A stretch of 64,000 nt of DNA from an uncultured bacterium (GCA_963727525.1 CAVSGO010000007.1:1056001-1120000); one strand, 5' to 3'. Positions 40,498 through 49,558 are shown, numbered from the stretch's first letter. Notes: generated by a model not told the origin, from the letters alone. Translations and numbers: made by a program.

Positions 40498-41289
40498 TCA
40501 GTGCCCGGATTCCTCCGAACGGGCGCGTTCCAGCCACGCTTTGAAACGTTCGTGGTCGGCCTGGCGGTCCGCGGCCGTCCGCCGCCGGATCCGCTCCCGG
40601 GGCACGGCGCTGGCGGCCGCCGGTGGCGGAACGGCGGGCGCCGGAGCCTCCTCTTCCGCCTTCTCCAGGGCGGCCAGGCGCTCCTGCACGTCGGGCCTGC
40701 CCGGCGTCGCCGCGGCGAGTTGCAGGAGGATGCGCCGTGCCTGGTCGCGATGCCCCTGGCGCAGGAACAGGTCGGCCAGCGTGAGCGTGGCCAGGCCATT
40801 GCCAGCCGCCTCGGCCAACTGAGACTCGGGTGCCGGCGCCGCAAGCGGCGCCGGCGGCACGGTGTCCGCCAGGTGCCGGCGGGCATCGCGCAAGCGATCA
40901 TGGATCACCAGATCGTCGGGCTCCAGTCGCGACAGTCGTTCAAGTCGTGGCACGGCGGCCACCCAGTCGCCGCGTCCCTCGGCATCGGCGGCGAGGAGGC
41001 GCAGAGCCACCAGGTTGTCCGGATCGCGGGCGAGTGCGCGGCCGAGCATGTCCCGCGCGCCGTCGGCATCGGCCAGCTCATCGCGGAGCTGTCCGAGGGC
41101 GACCAGCGCCGACACGTACTGCGGATGTTGCGCGATACCCGCCTCGAGCACGCGGCACGCGTCGTCGATGCGGCCGTTCTGGCGATAGAGATCGGCAAGA
41201 GGTACGAAGCACCGCGACAGCGGATCGCGCGCGAGGCGCGACTCGAAATGCGTCAGCAGGCGTTCGCGATCGACGGCCTCATGCCCCAT
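40498..41289 (-). CDS. tetratricopeptide repeat protein
   Basis: 'DPLSRCFVPLADLYR', 'GIAQHPQYVSA', 'DPDNLVAL', C-terminal 'TLTLADLFLRQGH..QA' and 'F..WL'. ATG 41289 with GAGG RBS. Confidence 0.8.
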   Translation of the reverse strand: MGHEAVDRERLLTHFESRLARDPLSRCFVPLADLYRQNGRIDDACRVLEAGIAQHPQYVSALVALGQLRDELADADGARDMLGRALARDPDNLVALRLLAADAEGRGDWVAAVPRLERLSRLEPDDLVIHDRLRDARRHLADTVPPAPLAAPAPESQLAEAAGNGLATLTLADLFLRQGHRDQARRILLQLAAATPGRPDVQERLAALEKAEEEAPAPAVPPPAAASAVPRERIRRRTAADRQADHERFKAWLERARSEESGH

Positions 41290-41449
41290 GAAGATTCCTC
41301 GCGTTGGTTGGGCGAGCGACGATACGCCATCGAATAGACGAGTCAGCGATTCGACGCGCATGCGATCAGGAGCGCATGCGATCCGACCTGCCTGCGAATC
41401 GCCGTGCTCGTGATTCGGCACCTGCCCCCGAGCGATACGGTGAGGAGGA

Positions 41450-41478
41450 ATTGTAAGCGTAGCGTTGTCGTCGGGCAA
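41450..41478 (-). promoter_or_regulatory. sigma70-type promoter ahead of the TPR-efp-accB genes
   Basis: TTGCCC (41478-41473), 17 nt spacer, TACAAT (41455-41450). Confidence 0.5.
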
Positions 41479-41531
41479 GCGTCTCGTGAACGCATATCTC
41501 GCGAAACTGCGCGACGCCGACGCGCCGTCCT

Positions 41532-42206
41532 CTACCCGAGTCCAAGCCAGTCGCCCAGCAGAAACCGCAGGCGACCGACGAGAAGAGTCACGCGCCCCAT
41601 CACCGCAGACGCGAAGGTCGCGCCGAAGGCCGCCATCAGAAACATCAGGCCGACCCGTGCCACGCGGTTGCGTGTGGCATGGCTGCGTCGCGTGTACGTG
41701 AAGTAGACGAGGCCGCAGATGGTGCCGATCACGACGAGCCACTGGTTGACGGTCGCGGCCCAGTCGACACCCGCCACGCCGCGCACGAGCACGCCCGGCG
41801 TGACCGTGGCCGCGATCTGGTTGAGAAAATCCGAACGCAGATAACGCACGAGGTTGTAGCCGAGCGTGGTGCCGACGGCGAATGCGGTGGGCCAGCGCGC
41901 GATCCAGGCGTAGCGCGGCCAGAGCCGTAGGAGCATGAACAGACCGAGCACGATCGGCACCAGCACCATGGGATCGGCGGGCGGCAACGCCGCGCGCGGA
42001 TGCGTGACGTGCACGGCAGCCGGGACGAGCTTGCACACCCCGTTCGGCCAGAGTGTCGACCAGAAGCCGACCACCATCCAGTAGGCCGCCGAGACGCCCA
42101 CGAAGAGATGCTCGGCGAACTTGTAGAACGAATTGTCGCGCCACAGGAAGCTGAAGACCATCAGCGTGAGTGCGGCGGCGATCCAGGTCTCGAGTTGCGT
42201 GCTCAC
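41532..42206 (-). CDS. hypothetical polytopic membrane protein (GlmL-like/DUF6754 cluster)
   Basis: About 6 hydrophobic segments; 'LTLMVFSFLWRDNSFYKFAEHLFVG', 'LVYFTY', 'MAAFGATFASAVMGR'. GTG overlaps the upstream stop. Confidence 0.8.
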   Translation of the reverse strand: MSTQLETWIAAALTLMVFSFLWRDNSFYKFAEHLFVGVSAAYWMVVGFWSTLWPNGVCKLVPAAVHVTHPRAALPPADPMVLVPIVLGLFMLLRLWPRYAWIARWPTAFAVGTTLGYNLVRYLRSDFLNQIAATVTPGVLVRGVAGVDWAATVNQWLVVIGTICGLVYFTYTRRSHATRNRVARVGLMFLMAAFGATFASAVMGRVTLLVGRLRFLLGDWLGLG

Positions 42207-43069
42207 GTGCCCCTCCCCCGTCGCCGCTGCCACCAGTGTGCCACCAGCCCCACGTTGCCGAGCGCGAGATACAGGAGGATGAGGGCGTGCGCCACCGCCT
42301 GCGGCCCCATGCCCACCGTCGCCGGACGAGGTGGATGTCGCTGCGGATACTCCTCGGCCAGCGCACCCTCATACTCAGCCGCGCCTTTGAGTCCCCCGAC
42401 CAGCCCCACGAGCTGCCGCGGAAAGTATGCGAGGTACTCCGGCATGCCGATGGCCGTGCAGCCGCCGGCCACGGGCACGCCCGCCGCATCGCCGCCGTAA
42501 AGGATCCACTCCTTCAGGCCGGGCGTGCCGGCGGTGAGTCCGATGATGAGCGGAAAATCGGCGAGGCGCGTGATGCCGTGCAGCGCCGGACACGAGTCGA
42601 GCGACGTGCCCGCCAGGTCGGTGCTATAAATCGCCCGCAGGTCCTGGCGCAGCGTGTTGATCACCATCGTGCCGCCAGCCTTGTAGCCGAGCGCCACCCA
42701 GTCGCGCCCCGCGCGCCGGTCGGCGAACTCCCGGGCCAGAACGTCGGTACGCAGTTGCTGGAACATCGCGTTACCCTCAGGGAAGAGCGACACGTACACC
42801 GGTCGCAGGCCGCGCCAGAGCAGGTGGCGAGTGATCGCCTGCGCCATGGGCTCGATCTCCGGCGAGGAACCGGGGCTGTAGTCGAGAGAGACCAGCACCG
42901 GCGACCCGGGCGGCAGCGCCTCGATCGCGGCGAAGACGGGCGCCGTGAAGCACGACGGATGATCAGGGAACACCGGACGCACCAGCAGCGTCACGATTAG
43001 CGCCACCAGCAGCAGCAGGTAGAGCCAGCGGCGGTCGATGCGGCCGAGGGCGTCGAGCGTGCGGATCAC
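42203..43069 (-). CDS. hypothetical membrane-anchored alpha/beta protein (GlmL-like/DUF6754 cluster)
   Basis: N-terminal TM 'IDRRWLYLLLLVALIV', soluble domain 'VLVSLDYSPGSSPEIEPM' and 'GGLKGAAEYE', C-terminal TM. Confidence 0.8.
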   Translation of the reverse strand: MIRTLDALGRIDRRWLYLLLLVALIVTLLVRPVFPDHPSCFTAPVFAAIEALPPGSPVLVSLDYSPGSSPEIEPMAQAITRHLLWRGLRPVYVSLFPEGNAMFQQLRTDVLAREFADRRAGRDWVALGYKAGGTMVINTLRQDLRAIYSTDLAGTSLDSCPALHGITRLADFPLIIGLTAGTPGLKEWILYGGDAAGVPVAGGCTAIGMPEYLAYFPRQLVGLVGGLKGAAEYEGALAEEYPQRHPPRPATVGMGPQAVAHALILLYLALGNVGLVAHWWQRRRGRGT

Positions 43070-43773
43070 CGGCCACCTCCCCCGTCGCGCCCGGGACTCA
43101 GCAGGATCCTCAACGTCATCGCCGCCACGCCCAGCGCGATGCCGATCAGGATCGCACGTTGGCCCGCCACGTTGGGTACACTCATGATCCAGATGCTCAG
43201 CGTGTCGATCCGCAGGAATCCCAGCCACGTGGGCAGCGGATCGCTCAGCCAGGTTCCCAGGGGTGTTCGCCCGAGCAGCACGATCGCAGCCGACACGAGC
43301 AACACCGCGGCTTCCGGCGAGCGCAGGCGAAAGGCACGGTAGGCGGCCGAGGCCACGAAGAATGCGAGCAACGAGTAGAGCGTGGCCATGAGGGGCCTGT
43401 ACACGGCTGCGAAGATCAGCGAGAAGAGCGTGCCGGGATCGGTGACCTCGCCCTGCAAACCGGGTGCACCGCCGATCTTGGCAAGCCCGACGACGAGCAC
43501 GACCGTGAACGACACCAGCGTCACCACAGAGTAAGCCCAGTCCTCGCGCTGCCGCAGGATGCGTGTCACGTGATGCTTCAGAAGATTTGCACCGCCCAGG
43601 ATGAAGGCGAATACCGCGAGGATGTCGAACCACAGGGAGAAGTGGCGGTCGATGTAGTCGAAGGCCCGCGGGACCCACGCCGCCCGACCGGCGCCAGGCA
43701 GCGCGACGAACGACGTCAGGATCAGCAGGATCCCGACGACGGACGTGATCAACCGTGGCAACTGGCGCTTCAC
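43066..43773 (-). CDS. hypothetical polytopic membrane protein (GlmL-like/DUF6754 cluster)
   Basis: About 6 TM segments; 'ATLYSLLAFFVASAAYRAFR', 'WIMSVPNVAGQRAILIG'. Confidence 0.8.
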   Translation of the reverse strand: MKRQLPRLITSVVGILLILTSFVALPGAGRAAWVPRAFDYIDRHFSLWFDILAVFAFILGGANLLKHHVTRILRQREDWAYSVVTLVSFTVVLVVGLAKIGGAPGLQGEVTDPGTLFSLIFAAVYRPLMATLYSLLAFFVASAAYRAFRLRSPEAAVLLVSAAIVLLGRTPLGTWLSDPLPTWLGFLRIDTLSIWIMSVPNVAGQRAILIGIALGVAAMTLRILLSPGRDGGGGR

Positions 43774-43783
43774 CGACGTCTCC

Positions 43784-44593
43784 CTATCCGGCTTGCAGTA
43801 GCCGCAGGATCGCGCGCTGCGCGGCGAGCAGCGGCGGCCAATGCGTGGTGGCGGCCAGCGTTATCACGAACGGCACCGTGACGAGCAGACCGATCACGAC
43901 GACCTTGACGAGGTCCTGGCCGCGCAGGCTTCCCAGCTTGTCGGGATCGCCGGTGACGTAGGCCTCGGCGGCGAAGAATTCCTCGCCGATGAGCACGTGG
44001 TCGCACGCGGCCACGAGGAACGGCAACTGGTGCGCCGCCGCCGTGCCCGCCACCATCACGCTGCCGGCCTGCGCGCCGCCCTCGGCGATGAGGAGCGACT
44101 CGGCGAAGAAGCCGCCCAGCAGGAAGCAGGCGGCCGGGCGCCGACGCGCGATGAGGCCGTCGACCCGCGCGGCGAATCCGAACTGGTCGTCGGTGACGTA
44201 GCTCACGATCTCGGGGTTGTAGCTGTCGGGCCGGCCCGCCGCCGTGTAGCTCTCTCGCAGCACCTCGCGCGCAGCCGCCAGCACGAGACTGCGGTCGGTG
44301 GGCATCACGAGCTCGCAGCCATGCCGCGCCGTCATGCGGCCAACCGCGCCGAGGATGCCCAGGCTCGCCACGGTCTGCACGTCATCGAGGTCCTGCACGC
44401 CGGCGATGTAGAAGACGGGGCGTCCCATCTCGGTGGCGCGGCCAACGGCGTCCTCCATCGCCGCGACGCCGGCGATCCGTCGCACCGCCGGCAGATCGCC
44501 GCGCCGCGCGCGCCGGATACTGAGGAAGACGGCGGCGACGATCCCGACGATCACCACGGCCAGCGGCCAGCTCCCGGGCTGTATCCCGCTCAT
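43784..44593 (-). CDS. DUF6754-like membrane-anchored protein
   Basis: 'VRRIAGV..MEDAVGRATEMGRP', 'AGRPDSY', 'DQF', 'FAESLLIAE', 'QLPFLVAACDHVLIGEEFFAA.AY', 'LGSLRGQD'. Family recalled from motifs, not searched. Confidence 0.75.
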   Translation of the reverse strand: MSGIQPGSWPLAVVIVGIVAAVFLSIRRARRGDLPAVRRIAGVAAMEDAVGRATEMGRPVFYIAGVQDLDDVQTVASLGILGAVGRMTARHGCELVMPTDRSLVLAAAREVLRESYTAAGRPDSYNPEIVSYVTDDQFGFAARVDGLIARRRPAACFLLGGFFAESLLIAEGGAQAGSVMVAGTAAAHQLPFLVAACDHVLIGEEFFAAEAYVTGDPDKLGSLRGQDLVKVVVIGLLVTVPFVITLAATTHWPPLLAAQRAILRLLQAG

Positions 44594-45735
44594 CTCGGCC
44601 CCCCCTCGGCCGGTGTGTCGCCCATCAGCTCGAGATTCGCACGTGGCACGAGCACCGCGCTGCCGCCGTCGAGATCGACCTCGGCGACCAGACAGCGGGC
44701 CTCGTTGGGCAGAGCCGCGAGCGCCGCGGGCAGCCGGGCCACGCGCCCACACTGGCCGAACCACGGCTCACGCACGACCATGACCCGGCAACCCGGTTCC
44801 AGGGCGCCAGGACGCACCGCTTCCGCGGCCGCGGCATCCACGGGCGTCGCCAGCGGTATGATGATTTCCGGACGCACGGCGCCGGCGCGCACGCGGGTCG
44901 TGCCCGCCAGGCAGGCTTGGCGCCCCTCGCTCGCCAGCAGCAACGCGAAGGCGCGGCGATCCACGGGCATGCGCCCGAACCCCCCCAGCACCACGAGGGT
45001 GAGGGACGCTGCGATCTCGGTGGTGTCGGCCACGCAGAGTTCGCGACCGAGCCACATGTCGAGATCGGTCGCCGCGACGCCGCCCGTGATCACACCCACG
45101 GCGCCAGACGCCGCGGCGCGACGCAGCGCGTCACAGGTCACCAGTCCGCCGGCCACGAGGATGCGTCCCGTGAGATCGCCGTCGATCATCTCGCCGGTGA
45201 GGGTCGCGTCAGGTCGGCGGACTGCGAGCGTCAACTCGCCTACCGCCTCGCCCCCCACGCCGAACACGCCGGGAAGCTGGGCACCCCATCCCATGACCGC
45301 CACGCCCCGCCGCGCCTTGACCTCGGTGACAATGCCCGGCAGGAACGCGCACACCTCCCGCGGCAGCGCGCTTCGGGCCAGCAGCACCTGACCCGTGTGC
45401 CGGGATACGGCCACGACGGTCCCGTCGTTCGGGGCAGGGCAGGTCGTTGCGAGCCAGCCCCACAGTCCCCGGGTGCGCGCAAGGGCGTCGCCGGCCAGCA
45501 CCGCCTCCCCGACCGCCTTCACCATGGCGCCCGGCACCTCGGCAGGGCGCAGGTCGAGCTGCTGAGCCACGTTCACAGTGAACATGGCCCCCTGCCCCGC
45601 CGCGCGCGCCACAACCGTGTCGGGGCGCACGCGATCGCCGACGCCTAGCAGCACCTCGCCGTCGACGGGCATCAGTCGCCAGCGACGCAGCACGGTGCGC
45701 GGACGGGGCGCCAGGCTGAAATGGGGCGTCGTCAC
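44590..45735 (-). CDS. hypothetical protein with barrel-sandwich-hybrid-like repeats and C-terminal KOW/SH3-like domain
   Basis: 'GEVLLGVGDRVRPDTVVA', 'VKAVGEAVLAGDALA', 'APNDGTVVAV', 'GFGRMP', C-terminal 'LEPGCRVMVVREPWFG..G.V...VPRANLE'. Confidence 0.75.
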   Translation of the reverse strand: MTTPHFSLAPRPRTVLRRWRLMPVDGEVLLGVGDRVRPDTVVARAAGQGAMFTVNVAQQLDLRPAEVPGAMVKAVGEAVLAGDALARTRGLWGWLATTCPAPNDGTVVAVSRHTGQVLLARSALPREVCAFLPGIVTEVKARRGVAVMGWGAQLPGVFGVGGEAVGELTLAVRRPDATLTGEMIDGDLTGRILVAGGLVTCDALRRAAASGAVGVITGGVAATDLDMWLGRELCVADTTEIAASLTLVVLGGFGRMPVDRRAFALLLASEGRQACLAGTTRVRAGAVRPEIIIPLATPVDAAAAEAVRPGALEPGCRVMVVREPWFGQCGRVARLPAALAALPNEARCLVAEVDLDGGSAVLVPRANLELMGDTPAEGGPR

Positions 45736-47867
45736 GGCCACACCTCCGGGATCGCATCCAGGGCGCGCCACCATCCGCGCACCACCTTGCGCCGCGACAG
45801 TTCCGCGCTGGGCCACACGATGGCGCGCCCACGGCCGTCGAGCACCACGCCCGCCGGGCCTCCGCACACCCAGGCCGCCACAGGCTGCCCGGGGCCGGCG
45901 CCGAAGTCCACACGTTCCTGCGGCTCGATGCTCAGATGCGCCTCCTGCCCGGCAGCCAGCGGCAGCCGCCGCAACTCGCCGGCGACGAAGAGCACCGACG
46001 ACGCGGCGTCATCGTCGCCTCGCGGATCGCGCAGGCGCACCTGCGCCAGCGGTTGCCCGGGCGCCACCGGCGCGGCGACCGGCGCCACGCAGGCGCCGAG
46101 CGTCACGATCGCATCGCGTTGCAGCACTGCGGCCGCGGCGTCCGCGTCGACACCGCGCAGCACGCCGAGATGGGGCAGCACGAAGACCGAGTCCACCGCG
46201 AGCTCGGTCACGCCCACCGGCCGGCAGGCGTCGACGAGCATGAGCGCCGCCTGCGTGCGCCGCGGTGCGTTGGCCAGGGGGCCGCCCGAGCCGAGCAACA
46301 GACGCACGCGCGGCCAGTCGATCGCCGGCGGCGGCACGTCTGAAACCAGGTCGAACGCGAGACGTCCGCCGGCCGTCACGGCGTCGCGTCCGCCGCGCAG
46401 AGGCTGCATCGCAGCCTCGTGATCGACGAGTGCCAGGCGCAGCGCCTCGCGAGCCGCCGCCTGTTCGAAACAGAGGTCGTCCCAGGTCACCGGGAGGGTG
46501 GTCGGACGCACCATCTTGTTGCGTGCGCGATCGCGCAGACTGTCGAGGTCGCCCGGCCCCGGCAGCCAGCGTGCGATCGTCTCCCACCCGGCGCGCGCGC
46601 CCACGCTGCCGAGGCTATAGCTGAGGCCGAGGTTCGCGCTCACGCTGCGGCGCACCACGCCGTCGCGCACGCTGAAGACGTCCGTGGTCGCCCCGCCGAG
46701 ATCCACGGCCACGACATCGCCGTCGGCCTGCTGCGCGAGCAGATCGAGCGCCACGCCGAAGGCCGCGGGCGTAGGCAACACCGGCGCGTGGCACAGCGTC
46801 TGCAGACCCGGGTAGCCGGGCGCGCGCGCCATCACGTGACGCAGGAAGACATCGTGGATGCAGGCGCGCACCGGCTGCACTCGCTCCTGCTCGAGGGTGG
46901 GGCGCACATTGGGGGCCACCACGACCTCGGCGACGGCGGCGAGCGCCGTGGTCACTCCTTCCGCTGCCTGCGGGTTGCCGGCGAAGACGACGGGCAGGCG
47001 TCCCTCCCCGTAGCGCGGGCGGATGCCGGCGGCGGCCACCAGCTCGGCAAGCCCCACGACCGGCGCCACGGCTCCTTCGTCGGTGCCACCGCTGATCAGC
47101 ACGATGTCGGGCCGACAGAGGCGCAGGCGTTCGAGCCGGGTCACGGTGTCATCGGGGTCGTTGTGCGCGAACACGGCCGTTATGATGGCGCCCGCCCCCA
47201 GCGCGGCACGCGCCGCGCTCTCCGCGGTCATCGCGCGCACCAGGCCGACCACCACCATCTGCAGCCCGCCACCTGCGCTGCTCGTCGCCAGGCAGGCGCG
47301 GACGCCATGGTGCGCGTCGGTCGCGGGCAGGATGCGGTTCCCGTCGTCGGCCAGGAACGGATGGCCCGTCAGCTCCTGCAGCAGGGTGAGGGCGCTGCGC
47401 ACGCCGCAGAGCACGTCTTCTACCGGCGCCTCCACCGTGGTGGGCGACTCGGCGCGACCGGCCAGACGGTAGCAGCCACCATGGTGCACGAGGAGCACGG
47501 CCTTCGTGGTGGTGGACCCGCAATCGGTGATGACGTAAGCACCGTCAGGTGGTCCCGCGAGCCGCCGCGTTTGCGCCTCGGGAGCGGTGGCCGCATCCAG
47601 GTGAGCCAGCAGCCGATCGATCTGCGGCCGCTGCTCCAGCAGGTCGGCCAGACGTTGCCAGTCTCCCCCTGCCTCGGTGAGCGATACGAAGGGCGCCAGC
47701 GCCTGCATGAGCTGGCTTCCCACGAAACTCAGCGGACGCAACCATTCGAGTCCCAGCAACGCGGGACCGGCGAGGCCGCGGCGCGCGATGGCCGCAGCCA
47801 CGCCCGCCAGGAATCGATCGTCGCTCGCGTCGAGGCCGGCGCGCCGGCGTCTCGGATCGCTGCGCAT
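45732..47867 (-). CDS. GlmL/MutL (glutamate mutase L)-like ASKHA/actin-fold ATPase with an extra ~100-aa N-terminal domain
   Basis: 'ITDCGSTTTK', 'PTTVE', 'ATSSAGGGLQM', 'ISGGTDEG', 'FAGN', 'NVRP', 'LPTPAA', 'VDLGGATTDVFS', 'GSGG'. Confidence 0.82.
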   Translation of the reverse strand: MRSDPRRRRAGLDASDDRFLAGVAAAIARRGLAGPALLGLEWLRPLSFVGSQLMQALAPFVSLTEAGGDWQRLADLLEQRPQIDRLLAHLDAATAPEAQTRRLAGPPDGAYVITDCGSTTTKAVLLVHHGGCYRLAGRAESPTTVEAPVEDVLCGVRSALTLLQELTGHPFLADDGNRILPATDAHHGVRACLATSSAGGGLQMVVVGLVRAMTAESAARAALGAGAIITAVFAHNDPDDTVTRLERLRLCRPDIVLISGGTDEGAVAPVVGLAELVAAAGIRPRYGEGRLPVVFAGNPQAAEGVTTALAAVAEVVVAPNVRPTLEQERVQPVRACIHDVFLRHVMARAPGYPGLQTLCHAPVLPTPAAFGVALDLLAQQADGDVVAVDLGGATTDVFSVRDGVVRRSVSANLGLSYSLGSVGARAGWETIARWLPGPGDLDSLRDRARNKMVRPTTLPVTWDDLCFEQAAAREALRLALVDHEAAMQPLRGGRDAVTAGGRLAFDLVSDVPPPAIDWPRVRLLLGSGGPLANAPRRTQAALMLVDACRPVGVTELAVDSVFVLPHLGVLRGVDADAAAAVLQRDAIVTLGACVAPVAAPVAPGQPLAQVRLRDPRGDDDAASSVLFVAGELRRLPLAAGQEAHLSIEPQERVDFGAGPGQPVAAWVCGGPAGVVLDGRGRAIVWPSAELSRRKVVRGWWRALDAIPEVWP

Positions 47868-47874
47868 CGTCGGG

Positions 47875-49533
47875 TCAATCCCGGGCCTTGAGGAACTCTC
47901 CGACGGCAATCAGATCGCGGCCCTCGCCGGCCAGCGCCTCGGGCGCACAGCGGGCGGTGATCTTCGCCGCGAGCTGCGCACCGGCGGCGACGGCCTCGGC
48001 CCCGCCGTCCTCGACGAAGCCCGGCACGAGCGAGACCGCCCCCAGCACCACCGCCTGCACGGCCTGCCGGGCGAAGACGCGACTCGCCGCGGCGTGCATG
48101 TCGGCCAGGGCGCTCCCCTCTGCGGCGAGCGACGCAGCCTTGCGTGCGCAGGCACCCGCCACCTCGCAGCGCGCCATGAGATCGGCGAGCCGGAAGAGCG
48201 CGAGCTGGTGGCGCGTGATCTTCGCCGCATGCCCGGCCAGGATCACATCGTTCAATCCGCGCAACGCGGCCGCAGCGAGACCGGCGCCCACGTGGCCCGC
48301 CTCGGCGTGGGTGGCGTCGAGAGCCTCGGCAAGGCGGTTGTAAACCTCACCCTTGCCCCGCACTGTGTCCTTCCAGCGATACAGGCCGATGATGCTCTGC
48401 TGGATCTCGCTGGTACCCTCGTAGATCGACGTGATGCGCACGTCGCGGCGATACTTCTCCACCATGTACTCGCGGCTGTATCCATAGCCGCCGAGAGCCT
48501 GCAGCGCGCAGTCGGCCGCACGGTTGCCGGCCTCGGTGCACCACAGCTTGGCCACCGAGCCCTCGACCTGGAGGTCCGTCTCGCCGCCGTCGATGCGCAG
48601 CGCGGTGTCCTCCACGTAGTCGCGGCCCGCGAGCATGTCGATCCACGGCTGCACGATGAGCTTGAGCAGGTAGCCTTCCTTGTCCACGAGCGGCGCGCCG
48701 AACTGGATGCGCTGCTTGCCGTAGGCGAGCGCGCGGTCGAGGGCGCCTTGCCCTGCGCCGAGCCCGAAAGCGCCTACCATGAGGCGCGTGTAGCCGAAGA
48801 CTGCGTTGGCCTGCTTCAGCCCCTGCCCTTCCACGCCACCCACGAGCTGGGACGCTGGCACCTCGACGTCCTCGAGCAGCACGGCCGCGGTATTAGAGGC
48901 GCGGATGCCATGTTTATCCTCTTGCTTGCCCAGCACGAGGCCCGCGGCGCCGCGCTCGACGATGAAGAATGTGGGACCGGCAGGCGCCTTGGCCAGGATC
49001 GTGTAGAGATCGGCGACCCCACCGTTGGTGATGAATTGCTTGGCGCCGGCGAGGCGGTAGCCGGTGACGGCGCCGCTCGCATCGGTGATGGGCGTGGCCG
49101 TGGTCTTGAGCGAGGCCACATTGCTACCGGCCTCGGGCTCGGTGACACCGTAAGCCACCACCATGCCCTCGCCGGCGATGCGGCTCAGCCAGTGCTGCTT
49201 CTGTTCCGGCGTACCCCCCACCACGATGGGATCGGTGCCCAGGCAAATGGCGAGGAACGCCGTGGCCACGCCAAGGTCATGTGCGGCCATGACCTCGGAC
49301 ACGCGGCAGATGTCGCGCGCGCCACCGCCGAGGCCGCCCACCTCCTCGGGCAGGAAGATCAGGTGCAGGCCGACATCCGGGGAGAGCAGCTTGCGGATGA
49401 CGTCGGTGGGGAAGATGTCCTTCTCGTCGAGTTCGAGCAACTTGCTATCGGGCAACTCGCGCGCGACGACCTGCAGCAGCGTCTGCACCACCATGTCGGT
49501 CATCTCGGGAGCCAGGCCGGCCGGTCGATTCAT
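47875..49533 (-). CDS. acyl-CoA dehydrogenase family protein (long form)
   Basis: 'GTPEQKQHWL', 'YGVTEPEAGSNV', 'GAKQFITNG', 'KHGIRASNT', 'QALGGYGY', 'RDVRITSIYEGTSEIQ'. ATG 49533 with AGGAGG RBS. Confidence 0.92.
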   Translation of the reverse strand: MNRPAGLAPEMTDMVVQTLLQVVARELPDSKLLELDEKDIFPTDVIRKLLSPDVGLHLIFLPEEVGGLGGGARDICRVSEVMAAHDLGVATAFLAICLGTDPIVVGGTPEQKQHWLSRIAGEGMVVAYGVTEPEAGSNVASLKTTATPITDASGAVTGYRLAGAKQFITNGGVADLYTILAKAPAGPTFFIVERGAAGLVLGKQEDKHGIRASNTAAVLLEDVEVPASQLVGGVEGQGLKQANAVFGYTRLMVGAFGLGAGQGALDRALAYGKQRIQFGAPLVDKEGYLLKLIVQPWIDMLAGRDYVEDTALRIDGGETDLQVEGSVAKLWCTEAGNRAADCALQALGGYGYSREYMVEKYRRDVRITSIYEGTSEIQQSIIGLYRWKDTVRGKGEVYNRLAEALDATHAEAGHVGAGLAAAALRGLNDVILAGHAAKITRHQLALFRLADLMARCEVAGACARKAASLAAEGSALADMHAAASRVFARQAVQAVVLGAVSLVPGFVEDGGAEAVAAGAQLAAKITARCAPEALAGEGRDLIAVGEFLKARD

Positions 49534-49558
49534 GACGTTCCTCCTGAACGAATCGCCC

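Noticed and set aside
45732-47867. Glutamate mutase operon or mismatch-repair MutL
   Set aside because: No glmS/glmE subunits or B12-binding motif nearby. The motifs are ASKHA-type, not the GHKL type of repair MutL.
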